Positions 25,464 to 34,727 are shown, numbered from the stretch's first letter. The stretch is 64,000 nt of DNA from Candidatus Binatia bacterium (GCA_026004195.1 BPIQ01000001.1:1290311-1354310), one strand, 5' to 3'. Made by a program: numbers and translations. The notes: generated by a model not told the origin, from the letters alone.

Positions 25464-26876
25464 TCAAGCCAAGCTACCCCTCGGCCCTTTGCGTCTCAAC
25501 CGGACGGCGAAAAAGGCGTCGAGGCCGTGGCGGTGGGGCCAGGTCCGAAGGCTCCCTTCGGCCGAAAGAAGCTCCTCGAGGGCCGGAAGCCGTGCTCGCT
25601 CGCGTTCGGAAAGCGGTTCCTCGCGGCAAAACTCCGGATGCGCACGCAGGAAATCCTCCACCACCTCCTCGTTTTCCTCCCGCAACGGAGTGCAGGTGGC
25701 GTACACGAGAAGACCACCGCGAGCAACACGAGGAGCGACCCCTTCGAGGATCGCCCTCTGGCGCCGCGCGCAGAGGCGAACGTCCCCCGGCCTTCTGCGC
25801 CAGCGAATCTCCGGACGCCGACGGAGGGTCCCGAGGCCCGTACACGGGGCATCGACGAGAATTCGCGAAAACTCCGTCCCGGACCGGAACGGGGGATCGG
25901 AGGCGTCGCCCACGAGGGGTCGGATCCCCCGAAGTCCGAGTCTGGCGGCCTCGCGCCGGAGAACGGCGAACCCCCGAAAATCCCGGTCGAGAGCCACGAT
26001 CGTGGACCGGTCCTCGGATTCCTCGGCCAGGTGGGTACTCTTCGCGCCGCGCCCGGCACAGGCATCGAGCACCCTTTCTCCGGGACCGGCTCCGACGAGA
26101 AGCGTCACGACCTGGGAAGCTTCGCTCTGGACGGACCAACGCCCCTGCGAAGCCCCCGGAAGCCTCGCAACGGGGTAACCCTCGACACGGATCCCGACGG
26201 GCGACCATCGGGTGGGTGTGGCGACGATCCCGAGCCTCGTGAACGATTCGATTTCCGCGGCAACCGAACTCTCGAGACGGTTGACCCGCAGGGTCACCGG
26301 AGGCTCCTGGTTGTTGGCACGGAGCAAAGCTTCCGTCTCCTCCCGTCCGAGCTCCGAAAGCCAACGTGCCACGAGCCAGTCCGGGTGGGAGTACGCGAGC
26401 CCGAGATATCGCACGGGCTCCTTCTCGGGATCCGGCAACGGGACGGCTCGGGGGCCTTCGCGGGCGGCGCGGCGCAAGAGAGCGTTCAAAAAGCCGGTGG
26501 CACGTCGCAGCCCGCGCCGCTTCGCGACTTCCACCGTCTCCCCCACGGCCGCGTAATCCGGAACCCGATCGAGGAAGAAAAGCTGGTAGAGACCCAGGTG
26601 AAGCAAGCATCGAACCGTCGGATCGCGAAGCGCAGGAGAACGTCCCGACCAGACCGCGAGCGCGTGATCGAAAAAGCGGCGCCACGCCAGCGAGCCGTAG
26701 ACGAGTTTCGACGCGAGAGCTGCGTCCCGGGGTTCCATCTCGAGCCGGGAGAGAACCTCGCCGAGTGCTCGATCGGCACGCGCCCCTTCCCTTTCGACCC
26801 TCAGGAGAACCTCGAGGGCGACGGCTCGGGCATCCTCCTGCCCGCCCTCGAGCCTCGAAGTCGCCGGACGCCTCAT
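25464..26876 (-). CDS. rsmB: 16S rRNA (cytosine967-C5)-methyltransferase RsmB (Sun)
   Basis: NusB-like N-domain. SAM-MTase motif 'VLDACAGRGAKS'. Catalytic 'DAPCTGLGTLRRRPE' and 'YATCT'. ATG 26876 overlaps the fmt stop (ATGA). Confidence 0.8.
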   Translation of the reverse strand: MRRPATSRLEGGQEDARAVALEVLLRVEREGARADRALGEVLSRLEMEPRDAALASKLVYGSLAWRRFFDHALAVWSGRSPALRDPTVRCLLHLGLYQLFFLDRVPDYAAVGETVEVAKRRGLRRATGFLNALLRRAAREGPRAVPLPDPEKEPVRYLGLAYSHPDWLVARWLSELGREETEALLRANNQEPPVTLRVNRLESSVAAEIESFTRLGIVATPTRWSPVGIRVEGYPVARLPGASQGRWSVQSEASQVVTLLVGAGPGERVLDACAGRGAKSTHLAEESEDRSTIVALDRDFRGFAVLRREAARLGLRGIRPLVGDASDPPFRSGTEFSRILVDAPCTGLGTLRRRPEIRWRRRPGDVRLCARRQRAILEGVAPRVARGGLLVYATCTPLREENEEVVEDFLRAHPEFCREEPLSERERARLPALEELLSAEGSLRTWPHRHGLDAFFAVRLRRKGPRGSLA

Positions 26877-27796
26877 CCGAGCCGATCCCCGGGACGGCAG
26901 CGCGCGCCACGGGCGAACTCCTCGCCCGTCACCGGTTTGCGTCCCTCGAGCTGCACGCGACCGAGCCCGAGGCGGCCTTCGCCGCAAGCGACGACCGGGG
27001 GATGGACCGAAACGAGGGTACCGGGCGGTGCCGTCGCCTCGCCGGGAGCGGGCAGCCCCTCGAGAATCTTGAGCCGCTGCCCCTTCCACCAGCTGTACGC
27101 GGACGGCCAGGGCTGGAACGCGCGGATCTGGCGGTCGATGGCGAAAGCGTCACGCGACCAGTCGATTTCGCCCTGCTCTTTGCGCAAGGCAGGCGCAAAC
27201 GTGGCTTCGGCCTCGTTCTGGGGCACCGCACGGATCGTTCCGTCCTCGAGTGCGCGCAGAACCTCGGCAAGAGCGTCGCCCCCGAGCTGGGCCAGACGGC
27301 CTTCGAGCTCGCCGCGCGTCTCCCGTTCCCCGATCGGCGTAGCTCGCTGCAGCAAGATGTCGCCTGCGTCCATTCTCTCGTTCATGCGAAGGATCGTGAC
27401 GCCGGTCACCTTCTCGCCGTGGTAGAGAGCCCAAGCCACGGGCGCGGCACCCCGGTACTTCGGCAAGAGGGAAGCATGGACGTTGACGGCCCCGAACCGC
27501 GGGATCTCGAGGAGGGCGGGGGGCAAGATCTTTCCGTAGGCAGCGACGACGACGATGTCCGGGGAGAGGCGGCGAAGCTCGTCGAGGAACGCCTCGTCCC
27601 GAATACGTTCGGGCTGAAGGACGGGAATCTTTCGCTCCTGGGCCCAGAGTTTCGTCGGAGGCGGGTGCACGACTCGTCCTCTCCCCGCGGGTCGGTCGGG
27701 CTGGCAGACGACCGCCGAAAGCTCGTGCCCTTCGGCCCGGAGCTTTTCGAGCGAAGGGAGAGCGAACTCGGGCGTCCCGAAAAAAACGACCCGCAC
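26873..27796 (-). CDS. fmt: Methionyl-tRNA formyltransferase
   Basis: 'MRVVFFGTPEFALPSL', 'NVHASLLPKYRGAAP' and 'HGEKVTGVT' blocks. Confidence 0.9.
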   Translation of the reverse strand: MRVVFFGTPEFALPSLEKLRAEGHELSAVVCQPDRPAGRGRVVHPPPTKLWAQERKIPVLQPERIRDEAFLDELRRLSPDIVVVAAYGKILPPALLEIPRFGAVNVHASLLPKYRGAAPVAWALYHGEKVTGVTILRMNERMDAGDILLQRATPIGERETRGELEGRLAQLGGDALAEVLRALEDGTIRAVPQNEAEATFAPALRKEQGEIDWSRDAFAIDRQIRAFQPWPSAYSWWKGQRLKILEGLPAPGEATAPPGTLVSVHPPVVACGEGRLGLGRVQLEGRKPVTGEEFARGARCRPGDRLG

Positions 27797-27811
27797 CGGC
27801 CCGACCCTCCC

Positions 27812-28354
27812 CTAGATCTTCCACCCGGCTTTCTTCTCCTGGAGAGACGCCCCCTCGCGCAGAAGCTTCCGAAGCCGGCGGCGATAAAGGTCGCGCTTGA
27901 GTCGGCTGATTCGGTCGAGAAACAGCTTGCCGTCGAGGTGGTCGATCTCGTGCTGGAGGGCCACGGCCAGCAGCCCCTCCCCCTCGATTTCCACCTCCTT
28001 TTCCTCGGGTGTCCACGCGCGGACGAGCACCCGCTTGGCCCGCTTGACGGGCGCCGTGAAATCGAAAACGCTCAGGCACCCCTCCTCCCAGACGATCTCC
28101 CCTTCCGCCTCGGCGACGACGGGGTTGACGAGCCGGAGGAGGTCCTTGCCCGGGTTCTCGGTGTTCACGTCCACGACCACGAGCCGTCGCGGTATCCCCA
28201 CCTGAGGGGCCGCGAGCCCGATTCCGGGCGCCGCATACATGGTTTCGACCAGGTCGCCGAACGTACGCGCGACCTCTCCGTCGATCCGGTCGACGACCGC
28301 CGCAGGACGGGCCAGCGCCGGATCGGGGTATTTGAGGATTTCGAGGACCGCCAT
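27812..28354 (-). CDS. def: Peptide deformylase
   Basis: Motifs 'GIGLAAPQVG', 'EGCLS' and 'QHEIDHLDG'. 180 aa from ATG 28354. Confidence 0.9.
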   Translation of the reverse strand: MAVLEILKYPDPALARPAAVVDRIDGEVARTFGDLVETMYAAPGIGLAAPQVGIPRRLVVVDVNTENPGKDLLRLVNPVVAEAEGEIVWEEGCLSVFDFTAPVKRAKRVLVRAWTPEEKEVEIEGEGLLAVALQHEIDHLDGKLFLDRISRLKRDLYRRRLRKLLREGASLQEKKAGWKI

Positions 28355-28407
28355 CCGTCTTCCGAGCTTACCCAGAGACCGTCCGTCCGTAAACTCGCCG
28401 ACGCCCC

Positions 28408-30834
28408 TCAGAGCATGTGATGAGGGTCCACGTCGACGGCGAGCCTGACCCCCGCGCGGCGCGCGGGCGCCGCGAGGTCCTCGAGAACCCGGGCGGCCGC
28501 GGAACGCAGCGACGCCCGGGTCCGAGCCCGCAGGAGGACCCTCCAACGGTACCGACCACGGAGTCGCTCGAGCGGAGCCGGGGCGGGTCCGAGAACCTCG
28601 ACGTCCGGATGTCGGCCCCGGACCTCCTCGGCCACACGGAGGGAGAATTCTTCGGCCCGAGAACGCTCCCGGCATTCGCACCGGACGAGGAGCAGGCGGG
28701 AAAAGGGAGGATAACGAGCCTCCCTGCGGTACCGGAGCTCCTCCTCCGCGAAGCTCCGGAAGTCGTGGGTCCGGGCCGATCGGAGGCTGTAGTGCGAGGG
28801 CTGAAAAGTCTGGATGAGGACCCGTCCCTCTTTTTCTCCCCGCCCTGCCCTCCCGGCCACCTGCGTGAGAAGCTGGAAGGTCCGCTCGGCGGAACGGAAA
28901 TCGGGGAACTCGAGCGACTGATCGGCCAGGAGAACGCCGACGAGGGTCACTCCGGGAACGTCGTGCCCCTTCGTCACCATCTGCGTGCCCACGAGCACGT
29001 CGAACCGCCGGGCTTCCCACGCTTCCAGGATCCCTCGCTGGCGTTCGGCCTTGCCGGCCACGTCCCGGTCGAGACGGGCGACACGGGCGCCGGGGAGAAT
29101 CTCCCGGACGAGATCCTCGAGCCTCTCGGTACCCGCGCCCCAGGCCGTCCAGGCCGGCTCTCCGCAGTCCGGACACGTCGGCGGCGGTGGCTCCGAAAAG
29201 TCACAGTGGTGACAGCGTAGCCGCCGCTGCTTGCGGTGAAACGTGAGACCCACGCTGCACCGGAGACACCGCAGGGCACAGCCGCAAACCCGGCACTGCA
29301 GAAACTTGGCGAAGCCCCTCCGGTTGAGAAACAGGAGGGTCTGCCCCCGCGCCGCGAAATTCGCCCGAACGGCCGCTTCGAGCTCCTCCGAAAGCGGAAC
29401 GCCCCCGAGAACCCGGAACCTTCCCCCGCGCAAATCCACGAGCTCCACCTCCGGAAGGGGACGGCCCTCCACACGGCTCCCGAGCTCGAGGAGGCGGTAG
29501 CGACCGGCGCGCGCGTTCCAGTAACTCTCCATCGAAGGAGTGGCGGAACCCAGCACCACCGGGCAACCCGCCATGCGCGCGCGCACGACGGCCACGTCCC
29601 GAGCGTGGTAGCGGACACCCTCTTCTTGCTTGTAAGCCCCGTCGTGCTCTTCGTCGACCACGACGAGTCCGAGGTTCCGAACCGGCGCGAAGACGGCCGA
29701 GCGGGCCCCGATGGCGATCCGGACTCTCCCCTCCCGCAACTCCCTCCACGCCTTCCAGCGCTCCGATCCCCTGAGTCCGCTGTGGAGGACGGCCACCCCG
29801 GCGCCGAAGCGCTGCCTCAGGCGGGAGACGAGCTGGTGCGTGAGCGAGATTTCCGGCACCAGGACGAGAGCGTTGCGCCCCAGCGCAAGGACCCTTTCCA
29901 CGGCACGGAGATACACTTCCGTCTTCCCGCTGCCGGTCACCCCGAAGAGGAGGAAGGGAGCGAACGAACCGCCTTCGACTGCCGCTACGACCGCGTCGAC
30001 GGCGTTTCTCTGTTCCCCGGTCAGCTCCGGAACGGTGACCGCTCCCTCCCCGCCCGGCTCTCCCGCGTCGTCCTCGGGTTCGAGCGCGACGAGGCCGAGC
30101 TCCTCGAGAATCTCGAGCTTCCGCCTCGCGTCGCGTACGAGCCCTTTGAGTTCCGAGCCTCGAAGCGGGCTCGTGCCTCCGGAGACTCTTTCCCAGAGCC
30201 TCCGGAGGGCCGGACGACGGCCGAGGAGCTTTTCCTCCTCGGCCGTGGGCCCACGGACCACTCGAACGCGGGGCCAGGACCGGCTTTCCTGCCTGCTCAC
30301 CCCCTCCAGCCTCTCCTCCACCCGGACGAGCCCCCGTTCCGCCAAACGCCTCACGAGTCGATCCGCACCCTCACCGAACGCGGCCCGAACGGTGGAGAGC
30401 CTCACCGCCGCGCGTCTCGAATGCAGGAACCGCAGAAGCTCTCGTTCTTCCTCGTCGCCCCCCTCCGGTAGCGGGGACTCACCGACGGTCGACACGACCA
30501 CGCGTACGAGCCGCGCTCGCAGCCGTTCGGGCAGCGCCGCCTCGAGCACCGCCCCGACCGAACAAAGGTAGTAGTCCGCGACCCACTTGCACAGGGAGAG
30601 GAGGTCGGAATCGAGCACCGGTCCCTCGTCGAGGACGGAAACCAGCGGCTTGAGTGCCGGAACGTCGGTGCGGTCCGGAGTTTCCACCACGACGCCCACG
30701 GCCCTGCGCCGGCCCAGAGGAACCAGAACGCGCCGTCCGACGAGCTGGCGGTGGGCCCACTCGGGCGGCACCTCGTAATCCAGCTCCCGCAGCTCGCCCT
30801 GGGGCGGGACGAGAACGACGCGTGCTACGGCCAC
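28408..30834 (-). CDS. priA: Primosomal protein N' (replication restart helicase PriA)
   Basis: Walker A 'GVTGSGKTEVY', DExH 'VVVDEEHD', Cys-rich zinc-binding insert ('CRVCGC…CLRC…CHHCDF…CPDCG'), and C-terminal helicase motifs. Start placed at GTG 30834 ('VAVARVVLVPP'). Confidence 0.85.
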   Translation of the reverse strand: MAVARVVLVPPQGELRELDYEVPPEWAHRQLVGRRVLVPLGRRRAVGVVVETPDRTDVPALKPLVSVLDEGPVLDSDLLSLCKWVADYYLCSVGAVLEAALPERLRARLVRVVVSTVGESPLPEGGDEEERELLRFLHSRRAAVRLSTVRAAFGEGADRLVRRLAERGLVRVEERLEGVSRQESRSWPRVRVVRGPTAEEEKLLGRRPALRRLWERVSGGTSPLRGSELKGLVRDARRKLEILEELGLVALEPEDDAGEPGGEGAVTVPELTGEQRNAVDAVVAAVEGGSFAPFLLFGVTGSGKTEVYLRAVERVLALGRNALVLVPEISLTHQLVSRLRQRFGAGVAVLHSGLRGSERWKAWRELREGRVRIAIGARSAVFAPVRNLGLVVVDEEHDGAYKQEEGVRYHARDVAVVRARMAGCPVVLGSATPSMESYWNARAGRYRLLELGSRVEGRPLPEVELVDLRGGRFRVLGGVPLSEELEAAVRANFAARGQTLLFLNRRGFAKFLQCRVCGCALRCLRCSVGLTFHRKQRRLRCHHCDFSEPPPPTCPDCGEPAWTAWGAGTERLEDLVREILPGARVARLDRDVAGKAERQRGILEAWEARRFDVLVGTQMVTKGHDVPGVTLVGVLLADQSLEFPDFRSAERTFQLLTQVAGRAGRGEKEGRVLIQTFQPSHYSLRSARTHDFRSFAEEELRYRREARYPPFSRLLLVRCECRERSRAEEFSLRVAEEVRGRHPDVEVLGPAPAPLERLRGRYRWRVLLRARTRASLRSAAARVLEDLAAPARRAGVRLAVDVDPHHML

Positions 30835-30856
30835 CGAAGTCCGTGCTCCCGGATTC

Positions 30857-31657
30857 TCACGGAAGCAGGGGCCGATTCGCCCACTCCCCGCGCTCGAGCC
30901 AGCGGACGTAGGCCACGAGCTCTTCGAGTTCGCCCTCGGCGAGGAACTTCCGGAAGGCAGGCATCCGGATGACCTGCCTTTCCAGGAAAAACTTCCCGAC
31001 CGGATGCCGCTCGAGTCGGCCGATCTTGCCGTCGAGAATCCACTCCTCGAGTTCGGCATCGTCACGCACGAGTTCTCGAAAATCGTCCCCGAAAAAACCG
31101 GGGATGTATCCTTTCCAGCTCCCGGGATTCTTCCTCCCGCCTCGCCCCATGGGGCCGTGACAACCGAGACAGCCCAGTCTGCGTGCCACCTGCTCGCCTC
31201 GTGCTTCCGGACCCTCCGGTGGGAGGAGGAGGCCCGAGACCGCCCGCAGGTAGGCCAGCAGGTCCTCGAGCTCCGCGGCGGAAATCCAACCCTCGTACGC
31301 GGGCATGCGGACCGCCTGCTTCTCCATCTCCTCCCGGTACGCCGAGCTCCGGCGCTTCCGCTCCGGCGCGCCGTAGAGGATGTACTCCCGCACTTCTCGC
31401 TCGTTCTGCACGAACATCATCAGTGTTTGCTCGGCGAAACCCGGAACCGTTTCCCAACGGCTCCCCGGATTGGGGATTCCACCCCGGCCATCCGCCCCGT
31501 GGCACGAAAAGCAGCCCAAGCGCTCGGCTATCTCCCGACCCCTTTCTTCCGGGCTTCGCTGGTAGCGAAAAACCCACGCCCGCAGCGCAGGGAACCAAAG
31601 CCAGAGGTGCTCGACGAGAATTCCTAGGGCGAGGAGCCACAGTGCTGCTTTCCTCAT
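30857..31657 (-). CDS. Di-heme c-type cytochrome (periplasmic)
   Basis: Two CXXCH motifs ('CFSCH', 'CLGCH') in two repeated halves. Signal peptide 'MRKAALWLLALGILV' from ATG 31657. Confidence 0.65.
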   Translation of the reverse strand: MRKAALWLLALGILVEHLWLWFPALRAWVFRYQRSPEERGREIAERLGCFSCHGADGRGGIPNPGSRWETVPGFAEQTLMMFVQNEREVREYILYGAPERKRRSSAYREEMEKQAVRMPAYEGWISAAELEDLLAYLRAVSGLLLPPEGPEARGEQVARRLGCLGCHGPMGRGGRKNPGSWKGYIPGFFGDDFRELVRDDAELEEWILDGKIGRLERHPVGKFFLERQVIRMPAFRKFLAEGELEELVAYVRWLERGEWANRPLLP

Positions 31658-31875
31658 GGTCGTCGAGAACGCCATCGCTCGATCCGACAAAACATCTTCT
31701 CTGCCACCATCCGGGCGAAGGCGCAAAATTGCACTTTCCCGTGGCGAAAGTGTAGCGACGCCGCCCGCACGGGCGGCGATTCCGAAACGGAACGCCCTCG
31801 AATCGCGGAATCGAGACCGGGAAGGTCGAGTTGGCACGCGAACTGCTTGCGGAGGAGTACCGGAGGGTAACTGCA

Positions 31876-32037
31876 ATGAGAACGAGGGAGCTCCGGACGA
31901 CACTGTTCGACCTGGTCCGACACGTCCAGGACATCGCGAGAACCGACGAAGAGGTCGTAGCGGTTCTGGCTCACCTGGTGCGTTCTCGCCGGCTGCGACG
32001 GCCAGTGAGAAAGATTTCCGTCGCTACGCTGCGGTAG
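31876..32037 (+). CDS. Candidate small protein (53 aa; could instead start at TTG 31831, 68 aa) or sRNA. Function unknown.
   Basis: ATG 31876 preceded by GGAGGG at an 8-nt spacing. Stop at 32035-32037 followed 8 nt later by a 12-bp GC hairpin and TTT. Codon GC3 is lower than in neighbouring genes. Confidence 0.3.
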   Translation: MRTRELRTTLFDLVRHVQDIARTDEEVVAVLAHLVRSRRLRRPVRKISVATLR

Positions 32038-32045
32038 CGCACCAC

Positions 32046-32083
32046 CCCGGGCTTCCGCGCCCCTCCCGGAAGACCCGGGCTTT
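32046..32083 (+). terminator. Intrinsic-terminator-like hairpin: 12-bp stem with one bulge, 9-nt loop, followed by CTTTG
   Basis: cccgggcttccg (32046-32057) pairs with cggaag/a/cccggg (32067-32079). It lies immediately 3' of the small ORF stop. Confidence 0.4.
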
Positions 32084-32095
32084 GCCCCCCGACGC

Positions 32096-32120
32096 GGTAG
32101 GGGCACACCGTGCCCCTACC
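32096..32120 (-). terminator. Perfect 11-bp GC-rich hairpin at the stop codon of the convergent minus-strand gene
   Basis: ggtaggggcac-acc-gtgcccctacc. It includes the stop of ORF 32116.. and extends 3' of it on the minus strand. Confidence 0.4.
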
Positions 32121-32400
32121 GTCCCCCCCTCTCCGTGGCGATCTGTAGCACGGTCACGCGAAGGCCACGGGAGGTCCATCCCACGTCGAAGCCCACACGC
32201 ATTCCCTTGCGAAGGCGCGAGAAGCGCTTCTCGCCCCCTACGACACGCACAAGGGCGAAGTCGAAGGGAATTTCCCTCCCGGTCGAAGACCGAACGATCC
32301 CTCCCTCCCGTCCGCGGAAGAGCTTCTGTATCCTCCCTCGGTAAAAACGGTACGGCGGGAGCTCGCCGGTCACCCCTTCGTCGTCTTCGCGCACGGACAC
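32116..32400 (-). CDS. Putative small cold-shock-domain-like protein with N-terminal Cys cluster. Start undefined (GTG 32400 or 32448).
   Basis: C-terminal segment 'GRIQKLFRGREGGIVRSSTGREIPFDFALVRVVGGEKRFSRLRKGMRVGFDVGWTSRGLRVT' resembles the CSD pattern G.V.W.N…GFGFI…DVFVH.S…L.EGQ.V.F. 'C…CRACARPVCSC' precedes it. Codon usage is mixed and the track ORF start would collide with the transporter gene. Confidence 0.3.
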   Translation of the reverse strand: MSVREDDEGVTGELPPYRFYRGRIQKLFRGREGGIVRSSTGREIPFDFALVRVVGGEKRFSRLRKGMRVGFDVGWTSRGLRVTVLQIATERGGR

Positions 32401-32503
32401 GCACGAGCATACGGGTCGGGCGCAGGCACGGCAACCGGCTCCCCGCACGTTGACTTCGGTGCACCCGATTGGCAGGTTCCCGCGGACGGAACTCGGAGCG
32501 GGG

Positions 32504-34108
32504 ATGCCAGCACGGCGGAGGCGCGAAACCTGGGCGACGAAGATCGGGGTCATCCTCGCCGTCGCAGGTTCGGCGGTCGGCCTGGGCAACTTTCTCCGGT
32601 TTCCCGGTAGGGCCGCGGAGTACGGCGGGGGGACGTTCATGATTCCGTACTTCGTTTCCCTGCTGATCCTGGGCATTCCCATCTGCTGGGTGGAGTGGAC
32701 ACTCGGGCGACACGGGGGAAGGCACGGGTTCAACTCGGCTCCCGGCCTTTTCTGCGTGGTCTGGCCCCACCGGGTTTCCCAGTTTTTCGGGGCACTGGCC
32801 GTGTTCATCCCGGTGGTCATCTTCATGTACTACGTCTTCATCGAAGCGTGGTGTCTCGCCTACGCGTCGGGGTACCTTCTGGGCACGATCGCTCCCCCGG
32901 ACGACCCCTCGGCGTACCAGCGGTACTTCACGGAGTATTTTCACCGCTTCGTCGGGGTGGACCAGGACGGGGCGCTTCTCCGGGGGCTCTCGCCGGCGGT
33001 CTGTGCGCTGGCCGCGTGCTTCGTGTTCAACTTCTATCTCATCTACCGCGGCCTCAATCGCGGGATCGAAGCGTTCTGCAAGTGGGCGATGCCCGCGCTC
33101 GTCCTGGCGGCCATCGTCGTCCTGGTCCGCGTCCTCACGCTGGGAACGCCCAACCCGGAATTCCCCGAACGCAACGTCCTCAACGCGCTCGGCTTCATGT
33201 GGAACCCGAAGCCGGTCGGCGAGGGCGGCACGTTTTCCGCGCTCGCCGATCCCCAGGTCTGGCTCGAAGCCGCGGGCCAGATCTTTTTCTCGCTGTCCGT
33301 CGGCTTCGGCATCATCCTCACCTACGCGAGCTACCTCAAGTCGAACGACGACGTCGTGCTCTCCGGGCTCACGGCCTCGGCCACGAACGAGTTCTGCGAG
33401 GTCTGCCTCGGGGGTCTCATCACCATCCCCGCGGCCTTCCTTTTTCTCGGAGCCGCCCCGCTCGAGAAAGTGGCGGGTTCGAGCATCGGCCTGGGCTTTC
33501 ATGCCGTCCCGGTGGTGTTCGAATATCTCCCTGCCGGTCGCTTTTTCGGATTTCTCTGGTTCGGCCTCCTCTTCCTGGCGGCCGTGACGAGCTCGCTCTC
33601 GATGCTGCAGCCTGCCATCGCGTTCCTCGAGGACGGTTTCGACCTGACGCGGCGCGCTTCCGTGACGGCTCTCGCTTTCGTGACGGCGGGGGGGACGTTG
33701 CTGGTCGTCTACTTCACGAAAAACACCGTGGCCCTCGACGTCATGGACTTCTGGGTCGGCAGCGCGATGCTGATCGTCCTGGCCTTGTTCGAGGTCCTTC
33801 TCTACGGCTGGGTGATCGGAGTCGATCGGGCGCTGCGCGAAACGAACCGCGGGGCGGAGTTGAAAGTGCCCCGCTTTTTCGGTCCCGTCATCCGCTACGT
33901 CTGCCCCGGCTATCTGGCTATCATCCTCGGAAGCTTCGCCTACCGGAACTTCGGTACACGGGCGCGGGAAGTGATCGCGCAACCGGCCGCTCTGCTCACG
34001 GTCCTCTTTCTCGTGACGGTCTTCGTGGCCCTCTGGTTCCTGGTCCGCGCGGCCGTACAGCGATGGGAGCGGCAGGGTCGCCTTTCCTCGCGGGGGTTCT
34101 CGGTATGA
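32504..34108 (+). CDS. Sodium-dependent transporter, NSS (SNF) family
   Basis: N-terminus 'WATKIGVILAVAGSAVGLGNFLRFPGRAAEYGGGTFMIPYF' is the NSS TM1 signature. About 12 TM segments. Confidence 0.85.
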   Translation: MPARRRRETWATKIGVILAVAGSAVGLGNFLRFPGRAAEYGGGTFMIPYFVSLLILGIPICWVEWTLGRHGGRHGFNSAPGLFCVVWPHRVSQFFGALAVFIPVVIFMYYVFIEAWCLAYASGYLLGTIAPPDDPSAYQRYFTEYFHRFVGVDQDGALLRGLSPAVCALAACFVFNFYLIYRGLNRGIEAFCKWAMPALVLAAIVVLVRVLTLGTPNPEFPERNVLNALGFMWNPKPVGEGGTFSALADPQVWLEAAGQIFFSLSVGFGIILTYASYLKSNDDVVLSGLTASATNEFCEVCLGGLITIPAAFLFLGAAPLEKVAGSSIGLGFHAVPVVFEYLPAGRFFGFLWFGLLFLAAVTSSLSMLQPAIAFLEDGFDLTRRASVTALAFVTAGGTLLVVYFTKNTVALDVMDFWVGSAMLIVLALFEVLLYGWVIGVDRALRETNRGAELKVPRFFGPVIRYVCPGYLAIILGSFAYRNFGTRAREVIAQPAALLTVLFLVTVFVALWFLVRAAVQRWERQGRLSSRGFSV

Positions 34109-34281
34109 CCCCGGCGGGCTGGATCTTCATGCTCTCGTCGATCGGGTTCGTGTTGGCTCTGGTCGGCTTTTGCTTCTACCGGGTCCTCCGGGCACCCCGT
34201 GCCGGACGATTCCACGCCCCGCTCGACATCGACACCGGGGATCTCGAGGAGGAGCGAAAACGAAGAGGGCGGCGGCCCTGA
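34105..34281 (+). CDS. MetS-like NSS-transporter small subunit (single-TM peptide, 58 aa)
   Basis: ATG overlaps the transporter stop (ATGA). 'MTPAGWIFMLSSIGFVLALVGFCFYRVL' is a single hydrophobic helix followed by a basic tail, as in MetS-family peptides. Confidence 0.5.
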   Translation: MTPAGWIFMLSSIGFVLALVGFCFYRVLRAPRAGRFHAPLDIDTGDLEEERKRRGRRP

Positions 34282-34727
34282 CGGCGCGCCCGGCGGTCAC
34301 CCGGCGCAAAAACGTCGGCCGGCACGGAAAAGGCTTCGCAGTACCGAACGACACCGGGACGCGCCATCTCGAACGCGAGCGCCATCACCAGGGCGTCGTC
34401 GGCTCTCCCTTCCGGGAGAAAGTCGGGCACGACATCCACGGCCTGGAGCGCGTAGAGACAGGCAGCCGCGAGCAAGATGACCGCGCCGTAGGGAATCTGG
34501 GGACACCGCCCTCTCACGTGGTCGTCGAGGATTCGACCCGCCAGGCGAAGCTGTCGCGCGAACAGGGGGTGCTTCGACGCTTCGGTCCGCGCCAGGCGCT
34601 CGAGCTCCCCTCGACGGGAAGCGACTCGAAGCAGATCCCGGGGTGCGATCTCGAGTGCTCGCCCCCAGAGATAGGTCCGAACATCCTCGGGCGTGACACC
34701 GAGCGGCCGCCCTTTGGCTCCTCCCAT
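34176..34727 (-). CDS. DUF1232 (YkvA-like) domain membrane protein
   Basis: 'IPYGAVILLAAACLYALQAVDVVPDFLPEGRADDALVMALAF' matches the DUF1232 conserved core. Start moved to ATG 34727. The 3' low-complexity tail overlaps the MetS-like ORF on the other strand. Confidence 0.55.
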   Translation of the reverse strand: MGGAKGRPLGVTPEDVRTYLWGRALEIAPRDLLRVASRRGELERLARTEASKHPLFARQLRLAGRILDDHVRGRCPQIPYGAVILLAAACLYALQAVDVVPDFLPEGRADDALVMALAFEMARPGVVRYCEAFSVPADVFAPGDRRARRQGRRPLRFRSSSRSPVSMSSGAWNRPARGARRTR

